64,000 nt of DNA from Bacteroidales bacterium. GTDB taxonomy: Bacteria; Bacteroidota; Bacteroidia; Bacteroidales; WCHB1-69. The position numbers and the translations under genes were made by a program. The DNA lies in contig JAGAEQ010000062.1 of the NCBI GenBank assembly GCA_017613015.1, positions 874 through 64,873 of the forward strand. The letters are read 5' to 3'. The notes below the pieces were generated by a model that saw only the letters and a program-made list of their open reading frames with translations, did not search any database and was not told where the DNA came from. Shown in pieces: positions 53,291 through 61,470 of this stretch (its first letter is position 1; the number at the start of each line of letters is the position of its first letter).

Positions 53291-53298
53291 CAAAAGTA
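53291..53298 (-). promoter_or_regulatory. -7 box (TACTTTTG on - strand) for the acyltransferase/ABC operon
   Basis: Forward caaaagta. A second candidate, TATATTTG, is at 53283..53290. They lie 80-90 nt upstream of the ATG at 53200. Confidence 0.4.
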
Positions 53299-53367
53299 GT
53301 ACAAAAAAAGACATGGGCTGTTCTGTGGGTGAAAAAAAAGTCCGCTTGTCCGTATATGAAAAATCAT

Positions 53368-53375
53368 TATTTTTG
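53368..53375 (+). promoter_or_regulatory. -7 box TATTTTTG for the DUF4159 gene
   Basis: Matches TAnnTTTG, 21 nt upstream of the ATG at 53396. Confidence 0.45.
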
Positions 53376-53395
53376 CAGTGGAAAGTGACTTGCTT

Positions 53396-54043
53396 ATGCG
53401 AAAACACATCTTAATGATAATTAGTATGCTGCTGTTCGCGGCGGCGGGGAGCGCGCAGTCCATTGCCCTGCTGAAATACCGTGGCGGCGGGGACTGGTAC
53501 GCCAACCCGACCTCTTTGCCCAATCTGGTGGCCTTCTGCAACCGTCAGCTGGGCATGCGGCTGAAGACGGAGGTGCCGGTGGTGGAGGCGGGTAGCCGGG
53601 AGCTGTTCAACTACCCGCTGGTGCACATGACCGGCCACGGCAACGTGGTGTTTTCCGACGAGGAGGCACGCAACCTGCGCACCTACCTGCTGTCCGGCGG
53701 TTTCCTGCACGTGGATGACAATTACGGCTTGAGCCCTTATATCCGCAGGGAAATGAAGAAGGTTTTTCCGGAACTGGAGTTTGTGGAGCTGCCGTTCTCG
53801 CACCCCATTTTCCATCAGAAATACGCATTTTCCAACGGCCTGCCGAAAATTCACGAGCACGACGCCAAGCCGCCCCAGGCCTTCGGTTTGGTGTACGAAG
53901 GGCGTCTGGTGTGTCTGTTCACCTACGAGTGCGACCTCGGCGACGGCTGGGAGGACACCGCTGTCCACCACGATTCGGAGGAGCTGCACCGCAAGGCCTT
54001 GGAAATGGGCGCCAATATCGTGCAATACGTTTTCACCAAATAA
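53396..54043 (+). CDS. DUF4159-like secreted protein
   Basis: ATG 53396 with signal peptide MRKHILMIISMLLFAAAGSAQS. The pattern LKYRGGGDWYANPTSLPNL...HMTGHGNVVFSDEE...GGFLHVDDNYG is one I associate with DUF4159. Confidence 0.6.
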   Translation: MRKHILMIISMLLFAAAGSAQSIALLKYRGGGDWYANPTSLPNLVAFCNRQLGMRLKTEVPVVEAGSRELFNYPLVHMTGHGNVVFSDEEARNLRTYLLSGGFLHVDDNYGLSPYIRREMKKVFPELEFVELPFSHPIFHQKYAFSNGLPKIHEHDAKPPQAFGLVYEGRLVCLFTYECDLGDGWEDTAVHHDSEELHRKALEMGANIVQYVFTK

Positions 54044-54049
54044 AACGCG

Positions 54050-54439
54050 ATGGAAAAAATCCGATTGGACAAATGGCTTTGGGATGTCCGCCTGTTCAAG
54101 ACACGTTCGCTGGCTGCGGACGCCTGCAACGCGGGCAAAGTGAAGGCGGACGGCAACAACTGCAAGCCTTCCCGCGAACTCAAGGAGGGGGAGGTGCTGC
54201 AAGTGCGCATCGGCTCCCTGAACAAGACGGTGCGGGTGCTGGATGCGCCCAAGTCCCGCATTCCCGCTGCGAGGGTGCCGGAGTTTTACGAGGATCTTAC
54301 CCCGGATGAGGAATATGAGCGCGTGCGTATCGCCCGCATGCAGACGGAGTTCCGCGATGCCGGCACGGGAAGGCCCACCAAGCGGGATCGCCGCCGCATG
54401 GATTTTCTGAAGGATTTGCTGCGGGAGGAGGGGGAGTAG
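54050..54439 (+). CDS. RNA-binding S4-domain protein (Hsp15/HslR-like)
   Basis: 129 aa. IRLDKWLWDVRLFKTRSLAADACNAGKVKADG is an S4 alpha-L motif. The C-terminal tail is basic. Confidence 0.8.
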   Translation: MEKIRLDKWLWDVRLFKTRSLAADACNAGKVKADGNNCKPSRELKEGEVLQVRIGSLNKTVRVLDAPKSRIPAARVPEFYEDLTPDEEYERVRIARMQTEFRDAGTGRPTKRDRRRMDFLKDLLREEGE

Positions 54440-54537
54440 CTTCCTTTCGTCTTCTTTTTCTTTCAGGTACGGGCTTCCTGCGGGGCCTGCGTTGATTTTT
54501 TTTGCGGCCTACGGAGGGCGGATGCCTGTTTTTTTTG

Positions 54538-54545
54538 TACCTTTG
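54538..54545 (+). promoter_or_regulatory. -7 box TACCTTTG for der
   Basis: Matches TAnnTTTG, 25 nt upstream of the ATG at 54570. Confidence 0.45.
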
Positions 54546-54569
54546 CATCTTCAGAAACACAGAATCCGC

Positions 54570-55877
54570 ATGAGTAATGTTGTAGCCTTGATAGGGCGTC
54601 CCAATACCGGAAAGTCCACCTTGTTCAACCGCTTGGTGAAAGCGCGTCAGGCCATTGTGGACAGCGTGGCCGGTGTGACCCGGGACAGGAACTACGGTTT
54701 GTCCGAATGGAACGGGGTGCCGTTTTCCGTCATAGACACCGGTGGGTATGTGTCCGATTCTTCGGATATTTATGAGGAGGAGATCCAAAAGCAGGTGCAG
54801 CTGGCCATTGAAGAGGCCGATGTCATTCTTTTTCTCGTGGACGGGCGCGAAGGCCTGACCTCCATGGATGAGGACATTGCCGCCCTGCTGCGTCCCTGCC
54901 GCAAACCGGTGTTTTTAGTGGTGAACAAAATCGACTCTTCCGCCAATTACGCGGATCAGATGGAATTCTACGCATTGGGAGTCAGTGTCTTGTATCCCAT
55001 ATCCGCCATCACGGGCAGCGGTACGGGGGATTTGCTGGACGAGGTGGTCAAACACTGCACGCCGGACATTGAAACCGAGATTCCGGATGATTTGCCCAAA
55101 CTCACCTTCATCGGCCGCCCGAATGTGGGGAAATCCTCCATCATCAACATGCTGCTGGGGAAGGACCGCAACATTGTGACGCCTTTGGCGGGCACGACGC
55201 GGGACAGCATCTATTCGCACTACAAGGGTTTCGGCTATGAGTTTTACCTGGTGGACACCGCCGGTTTGCGCAAAAAGCGGAAAGTGGAGGAGGATGTGGA
55301 GTTCTATTCCGTGATGCGCACGGTGCGTGCCGTGGAGAACAGCGACGTGTGCATCGTGATGTGCGATGCGGCCAACGGTTTCGAGGCGCAGGACTTGAAC
55401 GTGCTCAGCCTGGCGCAGCGGAACAAGAAGGGCATTGTGCTGGTGGTGAACAAATGGGATTTGATTGCCAAGGAGTCCAACACCCACCTGGCTTTTGAGA
55501 AAAACATCCGGGAGCGCATCGCGCCCAACAACGACATTCCGGTGCTCTTCACCTCCGTGTTGAGAAAGCAGCGGATACTGAATGTGCTGGAAAGTGCCAT
55601 GCAGGTGTACACCAACTTGGGCCGCCGCATCCCGACTTCGGAGCTGAACGAAACGCTGAAGCCGGTCATCGACGACAACCCGCCTCCCATTGTCAAGGAC
55701 AAGGTGGTGCGCATCAAATACATCACCCAGCTGCCCACCCCGACCCCCGCCTTTGTGTTTTTCTGCAACCTGCCGCAGTACATCCGGGAGGATTACCGCC
55801 GCTTTCTGGAGAACAAAATCCGGAAGTGCTGGGATTTCAAAGGGGTGCCTGTGGAAGTCTTTTTCCGAAAAAAATAA
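54570..55877 (+). CDS. der: ribosome biogenesis GTPase Der (EngA)
   Basis: ATG 54570 (MSNVVALIGRPNTGKSTLFN). Two G domains are present (GRPNTGKST/DTGG/NKID and GRPNVGKSS/DTAG/NKWD) plus a KH-like C-terminus. Confidence 0.95.
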   Translation: MSNVVALIGRPNTGKSTLFNRLVKARQAIVDSVAGVTRDRNYGLSEWNGVPFSVIDTGGYVSDSSDIYEEEIQKQVQLAIEEADVILFLVDGREGLTSMDEDIAALLRPCRKPVFLVVNKIDSSANYADQMEFYALGVSVLYPISAITGSGTGDLLDEVVKHCTPDIETEIPDDLPKLTFIGRPNVGKSSIINMLLGKDRNIVTPLAGTTRDSIYSHYKGFGYEFYLVDTAGLRKKRKVEEDVEFYSVMRTVRAVENSDVCIVMCDAANGFEAQDLNVLSLAQRNKKGIVLVVNKWDLIAKESNTHLAFEKNIRERIAPNNDIPVLFTSVLRKQRILNVLESAMQVYTNLGRRIPTSELNETLKPVIDDNPPPIVKDKVVRIKYITQLPTPTPAFVFFCNLPQYIREDYRRFLENKIRKCWDFKGVPVEVFFRKK

Positions 55878-55879
55878 GC

Positions 55880-56356
55880 ATGAAAATCAAATTACTGATT
55901 CTGACAGCCTTTTTGTCCGCAGGCTTTTGTTCCTGCCGTCCCGGCCAGCCGCTGATGGACGAGACCGTTTCCTTCCCCAATCACGCATGGAACCGCTTCC
56001 GTGTGCTCAGCTTCCATCCGGAGCTCCCCAAAGAGGACGGCTGCTACGATGTGAAGGTGCGCATTGTCGTTTCGGACGATTTCGCCTTTTCCGAAGTGCC
56101 CATTCACACGGTGCTCAAATCCCCTGACGGGCAGGTGAATGTGATGCGAAAAGTGGTGGGCGTGCGCAAGGCGGACGGCAGCCACGAGGGCACGGTCTTC
56201 GGTGACAGCTGGACCGTGGAGAAAACCATTTATTCCCAACGCAAATTTTCCCAAAAGGGAACCTATACTTTTGAGGTTCAGCAAATGACCCAATATTATG
56301 ATTTGAACGGTATCGAAGCGGTATCGTGTGTCATTCTTCCAACCAAAGCTTCTTGA
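55880..56356 (+). CDS. small lipoprotein, GldH-like
   Basis: ATG 55880 with lipobox LSAGFCSC. Size and pattern (FPNHAWNRF...YDVKVRIVVSDDFAFSEVP...PDG) resemble GldH-family lipoproteins as I recall them. Confidence 0.45.
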   Translation: MKIKLLILTAFLSAGFCSCRPGQPLMDETVSFPNHAWNRFRVLSFHPELPKEDGCYDVKVRIVVSDDFAFSEVPIHTVLKSPDGQVNVMRKVVGVRKADGSHEGTVFGDSWTVEKTIYSQRKFSQKGTYTFEVQQMTQYYDLNGIEAVSCVILPTKAS

Positions 56357-56358
56357 AC

Positions 56359-57303
56359 ATGAAAATCGTAGCAGTAGAACCCATAGGCATGTCGCCGGAA
56401 CTGGCGCAGCGGCTGGCCGCGGAAATGCAGGCCGCCGGGCATTCGTTTGTCTTTTATCCCGACCGCAGGGAGGATGCCGACAGCTTGCGGGCACGCATGG
56501 CCGACGCCGACATCGCCATCATTTCCAACATTCCGCTTCCCGAAGCCGTGCTTTCCGCCTGTCCTAAGCTGAAATACATCGCCTTGGCCTTTACGGGCAA
56601 GGACCATATCGACGAGGCCTATTGCAAGGCGCACGGCATTCGCATCCAGAATGCCGCCGGTTACGCCACCCGTGCGGTGGCGGAGCTGGCCGTCGGGCTG
56701 ATGCTGGACGTGCTGCGCCGCGTGACCGCTTTGGATGCGGATACGCGCCAGGGCGGCACCCGCGCCCAATTTTTGGGCCGCGAGCTGTACGGGAAAACCG
56801 TCGGGATTGTCGGGACGGGGGCTATCGGCACCTACACGGCCCGGCTGTTGCAGGCCTTCGGCTGCAACCTCATCGCCTATAACCGTTCCGAACATGCGGA
56901 AATACGGGCCATGGGCATCCCTTACCTGCCTTTGGAGCGCTTGATGGCGGAGGCGGATATCGTGTCCGTCCACCTTCCCCTGACCCCGGAAACCTGTCAT
57001 TTGTTGTCCAGGGAAAGGCTGGCCTTGTGCAAGCCTTCCGCCATACTCGTCAATACCGCCAGAGGGAATGTGGTGGACCAGCAGGCTTTGGCCGAGGCTT
57101 TGCGCGAGGGGCGCATCGCCGGTGCGGGCTTGGATGTGTACGAAAAAGAACCGCCGCTTCCGGCGGATCATCCGCTGCTGCACGCGCCGAACGTGGTGCT
57201 GGTTCCGCATGTCGGGTATGCCACCCGGGAGGCGTTTGACAGCCGCATCGGCATAGTGTGGGACGGTATTCGGGCCTATCTGAAGGAGGCGGCGAATGCG
57301 TAA
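56359..57303 (+). CDS. NAD-dependent D-2-hydroxyacid dehydrogenase family protein
   Basis: ATG 56359. Motifs: GKTVGIVGTGAIGTYTARL (GxGxxG), NTARGNVVD, LDVYEKEPP, VPHVGYAT. Confidence 0.85.
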   Translation: MKIVAVEPIGMSPELAQRLAAEMQAAGHSFVFYPDRREDADSLRARMADADIAIISNIPLPEAVLSACPKLKYIALAFTGKDHIDEAYCKAHGIRIQNAAGYATRAVAELAVGLMLDVLRRVTALDADTRQGGTRAQFLGRELYGKTVGIVGTGAIGTYTARLLQAFGCNLIAYNRSEHAEIRAMGIPYLPLERLMAEADIVSVHLPLTPETCHLLSRERLALCKPSAILVNTARGNVVDQQALAEALREGRIAGAGLDVYEKEPPLPADHPLLHAPNVVLVPHVGYATREAFDSRIGIVWDGIRAYLKEAANA

Positions 57304-58702
57304 AGGGCTGTGTCTGCTGTTGGGCGGCCTGATGTTGGGGTCGCTGTCCCTTACGGCGCAAAACAAGTTGCATGTCACGGAATCCGACACCCTTTGCGGC
57401 GAGGAGGCCGAAGTGCAGATTCGCAGGATGTGGGAAGAGATGCAGCAGTCCTGGTACGCGCGCATCGTGGAGTATCAGGTGCATTCCCAGCTCTGCCTGC
57501 CGGAGGTGGTGAGGGATTCCGTAAGCGAGGATTCCCTGAACGTGGCCCGTCTGGAGGCTTTGCTGAACACCACGGTTTTTCCCATGGTCTACAACGAGGA
57601 AATCAAGCGTTACATTAATTTATACACCAAGGGCTTGAAATCCATGCCCCTGATTCTGGCCCGCGCCCAGCGTTTCTTCCCCTTTTTCGAGGAGGTGCTG
57701 GACAAATACGGGGTTCCATTGGAACTGAAGTACTTGGCGGTCATAGAGTCCGCCCTCCGTCCGGAGGCGGTTTCCCGTGCGGGAGCCGTTGGCTTGTGGC
57801 AGTTCATCTACGGCACCGGCAAGCTGTACGGCCTGGAGGTGACCACCTTCGTGGACGACCGCATGGACCCGGCCAAGGCGACGGATGCGGCGGCACGCCA
57901 CCTTTACGATTTGAGTGAAATGTTCGACGGGAACTGGCCTTTGGCCCTGGCAGCCTACAACTGCGGTCCCGGCAATGTGATGAAAGCCATCAAAAGGGCG
58001 GGGGGAGCACAGGATTTCTGGCAGATTTACAATTATTTGCCTCGTGAGACACGCGGCTATGTCCCGGCTTTCTACGGTGCCATGTATGCCATGAAATACC
58101 ATGACCTTTACGGTTTGGAGGCGGCGCAGACCGTGGTGGAGGCTGTGGACACGGTACGGGTGTTCCGCAGGCTGGATTTCAGCAAGGTTTCCGCTGTCAC
58201 GGGCATTCCGCAGGAGGAATTGAAATACTACAACCCCCAGTACAAGCGCGGCATTATCCCGACCACGCCTACGGGGGCTTCGCTGACGCTGCCGGTCAAG
58301 TACATTTTGCTGTTTGAGGAAAGCAAGGACAGCATTTTCCGTTTGCAGCAGAAGGACGAGCTGGCGCGGATCAGCCTGCCGGAGCAGGAGGGCGGAAGCC
58401 AGAGCGGCCCCTATTATTACAAAAACAGGTACCATGTGGTCAAATCCGGTGAGTCCCTGACCATGATCTCCAGAAAATACGGCACGAGCGTTTCAGAGAT
58501 TTTGCGCTTGAACCATCGGAAAAGCACCATGATACATCCGGGCGAACGCCTGATTGTCGGGCAGACCAAGGTGTACACGGGCAAACCCGCCCCGGCGCAG
58601 CCGGAAAAAAGCGGCTCCGCCACCGACACCCTGAACGTCCCGCAGTCCGTGCGGGATTCCGCGAGTGTTCTTCCAACCGACACTGTCCAAATCCGGCTGT
58701 GA
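57296..58702 (+). CDS. lytic transglycosylase (SLT domain) with C-terminal LysM
   Basis: 468 aa with a signal peptide. SLT core: AVIESALRPEAVSRAGAVGLWQF...AAYNCGPGNV. LysM: YHVVKSGESLTMISRKYGTSVSEILRLN. Confidence 0.85.
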   Translation: MRKGLCLLLGGLMLGSLSLTAQNKLHVTESDTLCGEEAEVQIRRMWEEMQQSWYARIVEYQVHSQLCLPEVVRDSVSEDSLNVARLEALLNTTVFPMVYNEEIKRYINLYTKGLKSMPLILARAQRFFPFFEEVLDKYGVPLELKYLAVIESALRPEAVSRAGAVGLWQFIYGTGKLYGLEVTTFVDDRMDPAKATDAAARHLYDLSEMFDGNWPLALAAYNCGPGNVMKAIKRAGGAQDFWQIYNYLPRETRGYVPAFYGAMYAMKYHDLYGLEAAQTVVEAVDTVRVFRRLDFSKVSAVTGIPQEELKYYNPQYKRGIIPTTPTGASLTLPVKYILLFEESKDSIFRLQQKDELARISLPEQEGGSQSGPYYYKNRYHVVKSGESLTMISRKYGTSVSEILRLNHRKSTMIHPGERLIVGQTKVYTGKPAPAQPEKSGSATDTLNVPQSVRDSASVLPTDTVQIRL

Positions 58703-59460
58703 TGGATTATCCGATTGTTTTTCACCCCGATACGTATTGTGTCTTTTCTGAGGAAGGCAGCGTCTGGTTAGTGGACAAGCCGCTGCGCTGGACCTCCTTC
58801 GACGTGGTGAACAAGCTGAAATTCGAGATCCGGCGGCAGACGGGCCTGAAAAAGTTCAAAATCGGCCACGCGGGCACCTTGGACCCCTTGGCGGACGGAT
58901 TGCTGGTGGTGTGTCTGGGCAAGGCGACCAAACGCATTGAGGAAATCCAGTCCCTACCCAAAACCTACGAAGGGGTGTTTGTCCTGGGGGCGACCACCTT
59001 GAGCTATGATTTGGAGCATCCGGTCATCAATCCCAAGCCGTACAGCCATTTGGATGAGGCGGCGGTGCGGGAGGCCTGTGCGCGTTTGAGCGGCCCCCAG
59101 CTACAGGTGCCGCCTTCGTTCTCCGCCGTGAAAAAGGACGGGAAGTCGGCTTTCCAGTACGCGCGGAAAGGGGAGGAGGTGGCTTTGCAACCCAAGCCGG
59201 TGACGGTTTATGCCTTCGAAATCACCCGTTTCGATTTGCCCGAAGTGGCCTTCTCCATCCAATGCAGCAAGGGCACCTACATCCGTGCCATTGCCCGGGA
59301 CCTTGGGGAAATGCTGGGTTGCGGCGCCTACCTGAAACGTTTGCGCCGGGTGCGCATCGGAGCCTACAGCGTGGACGACGCCCTGCCGCTGGCCCCTTAT
59401 TTCGAAGCCTCCTCCGGCTCGGCGCCCCCTCATCGGAAAAAACGTTTCGACCTGCCGTAG
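58702..59460 (+). CDS. truB: tRNA pseudouridine(55) synthase
   Basis: The track start at 58699 is GTG; ATG at 58702 overlaps the upstream stop (TGATG). Motifs: GHAGTLDPLADGLLVVCLGKATK, QVPPSFSAVKKDG. Confidence 0.9.
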   Translation: MDYPIVFHPDTYCVFSEEGSVWLVDKPLRWTSFDVVNKLKFEIRRQTGLKKFKIGHAGTLDPLADGLLVVCLGKATKRIEEIQSLPKTYEGVFVLGATTLSYDLEHPVINPKPYSHLDEAAVREACARLSGPQLQVPPSFSAVKKDGKSAFQYARKGEEVALQPKPVTVYAFEITRFDLPEVAFSIQCSKGTYIRAIARDLGEMLGCGAYLKRLRRVRIGAYSVDDALPLAPYFEASSGSAPPHRKKRFDLP

Positions 59461-59569
59461 CCTTGTTTTTCCAACGCTTTTTTGCCTGTCTGCCAAGGGC
59501 GGGCGGAAGGCTTTTCGCACAGGCGAAAATATATTTTCCCCCAAAGGTTTTTTGTAAAGAATAAAACCA

Positions 59570-59577
59570 TACTTTTG
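59570..59577 (+). promoter_or_regulatory. -7 box TACTTTTG for korAB
   Basis: caTACTTTTGca, 46 nt upstream of the ATG at 59623. Confidence 0.45.
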
Positions 59578-59622
59578 CACTTTATTCCAAAAAGCGAAAA
59601 AAATAACAAAAGTATTGATAAT

Positions 59623-61467
59623 ATGGTACAAGCAAATCAGAAAATCCTTCAAAAAGATGACATCGTTGTTCGGTTCGCTGGCGATTCCGGAGACGGGATG
59701 CAATTGACGGGGACCTTGTTCTCCGATGCTTCCGCTTTGACGGGCAACGATATTGCCACTTTCCCCGATTATCCGGCTGAAATCCGGGCTCCGCACAACA
59801 CCATCGCCGGTGTGAGCGGCTACCAGGTGCGTGTGGGCAACCGCATTTACAGCTCCGGTGACAAGTGCGACATTCTGGTCGCCATGAACCCGGCTTCCTT
59901 CAAGTCCAACCTCAAATGGGCCAAGAAAGGGGCGACTGTCATCGTGGATATGGACACCTTCACGGAAGAGGCGATGAAAAAAGCCGGTTACGAATCCAAT
60001 CCCTTTACCGACGAGCTGGAGCGTGACTACACCATCATCAAGGCGCCGGTCTCCTCCTTCACGCTTCGCATCGGCAGCGAGCTGGGCATAGATAGGAAGG
60101 TGGCGGAAAAGAGTCGCAACATGTTCACCTTGGGCATCATTTTCTATATGACGCACAAGAAGTTGGATCAGACCTTCGCTTACCTGGAGCGCAAGTTCGC
60201 CAAAAAGCCGGAAGTAATCAAGCTGAACAAAGCTGTGCTGACGGAAGGATATGAATATGCTGACAAACTGGAAGTTATCCATTCGAAGATTGTAGAGGTC
60301 GCCCATGCGGAAATGCCGAAGGGACGCTACCGCAACATCACGGGCAATGTGGCTACGGCTTGGGGTTTGCTGGCCGCTTCGGAGCGCAGCGGACGCCGTT
60401 TGTTCCTCGGCAGCTATCCCATCACACCAGCCACGGATGTCATGGTGGAATTGGCCAAACACAAAGCATTGGGCGCAAGGGTTTTCCAAGCGGAAGACGA
60501 AATCGCGGGCGTTTGCTCCGCCATTGGTGCGAGCTACGCGGGCGCATTGGCCTGCACCTCCACTTCCGGCCCCGGCCTGTCGCTGAAGAGCGAAGCCTTG
60601 GGTCTGGCAGTGATGGTGGAACTTCCCTTGGTGGTGATTGACGTGCAGCGCGGCGGTCCCTCCACCGGTCTGCCGACCAAAACCGAACAGAGTGATTTGA
60701 ACCAGGCCTTGTATGGACGCAACGGAGAGGCTCCCTTAGTGGTGGTGGCCGCTTCGTCCAGCGCCAACTGCTTCTACTGGGCCTACAATGTCGCCAAAAT
60801 CGCCTTGGAGCACATGACCCCGGTCATTCTCCTCACCGACGGCTATCTTGGCAACGGATCCCAGCTGTTCCGCATTCCGAAGGTGGCTGATCTGCCGGGT
60901 ATCACCCCGCGTTTAGCCACTCCGAACGACCCGAATTACCGTCCCTTCCGCCGCGATCCGGAGACCTTCGCCCGCGAATGGGCGCTTCCGGGCATGGAGG
61001 GGCTGCGTCACCGCGTGGGCGGTTTGGAGAAATGTCCGGACGGCCCGCTCAGCACCGATCCGGAAAACCATGCCCTCATGGTGCACAACCGTCAGGAGAA
61101 GGTGAACCGTGTCGCCAATTATCTTCCCGACCAGGAAGTCATGGGCGACCCCGATGCGGAGCTGCTTGTGGTTGGCTGGGGCGGCACCAGCGGCGCCCTG
61201 ACCCTTGCCGTGGAGGAAATGAACCGCGAAGGGAAAAAGGTGGCCTACACCCATTTCAACTACATTTGCCCTCTGCCCAAAAACACCGGGGATATTTTAC
61301 GCAAATACAAGAAAATCATGGTTTGCGAGCTCAATAACGGCCAGTTCGCCGGTTATTTGCGCACCCAGTATCCCGAATGTCCCATGCGCCAGTACAACAA
61401 GGTCATGGGCCTTCCCTTCGAAGTGGGCGAGTTAAAAGAAGCGTTCAATCAATTTTTAGGAGAATAA
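59623..61467 (+). CDS. korA: 2-oxoacid:ferredoxin oxidoreductase subunit alpha
   Basis: ATG 59623 (MVQANQKILQKDDIVVRFAGDSGDGMQLTG). KorA/OorA-type fused gamma-alpha architecture: GSYPITPATD, DVQRGGPSTGLPTKTEQSD. Confidence 0.9.
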   Translation: MVQANQKILQKDDIVVRFAGDSGDGMQLTGTLFSDASALTGNDIATFPDYPAEIRAPHNTIAGVSGYQVRVGNRIYSSGDKCDILVAMNPASFKSNLKWAKKGATVIVDMDTFTEEAMKKAGYESNPFTDELERDYTIIKAPVSSFTLRIGSELGIDRKVAEKSRNMFTLGIIFYMTHKKLDQTFAYLERKFAKKPEVIKLNKAVLTEGYEYADKLEVIHSKIVEVAHAEMPKGRYRNITGNVATAWGLLAASERSGRRLFLGSYPITPATDVMVELAKHKALGARVFQAEDEIAGVCSAIGASYAGALACTSTSGPGLSLKSEALGLAVMVELPLVVIDVQRGGPSTGLPTKTEQSDLNQALYGRNGEAPLVVVAASSSANCFYWAYNVAKIALEHMTPVILLTDGYLGNGSQLFRIPKVADLPGITPRLATPNDPNYRPFRRDPETFAREWALPGMEGLRHRVGGLEKCPDGPLSTDPENHALMVHNRQEKVNRVANYLPDQEVMGDPDAELLVVGWGGTSGALTLAVEEMNREGKKVAYTHFNYICPLPKNTGDILRKYKKIMVCELNNGQFAGYLRTQYPECPMRQYNKVMGLPFEVGELKEAFNQFLGE

Positions 61468-61470
61468 ATC

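Larger units (their letters stand above)
22630..53300. other. aryl-polyene/flexirubin-type lipid-pigment biosynthetic gene island (27 genes)
   Basis: Gene content is listed in the features below. The block begins about 100 nt after tRNA-Arg and ends at a divergent promoter region before the DUF4159 gene. Spot GC counts are lower inside the block than in the flank. Confidence 0.75.

Noticed and set aside
59512-59529. Hairpin ttttcgc-acag-gcgaaaa after truB as a terminator.
   Set aside because: The stem is AT-rich and 7 bp long, and it is followed by tatatttt rather than a clean T-run. This is too weak to call.
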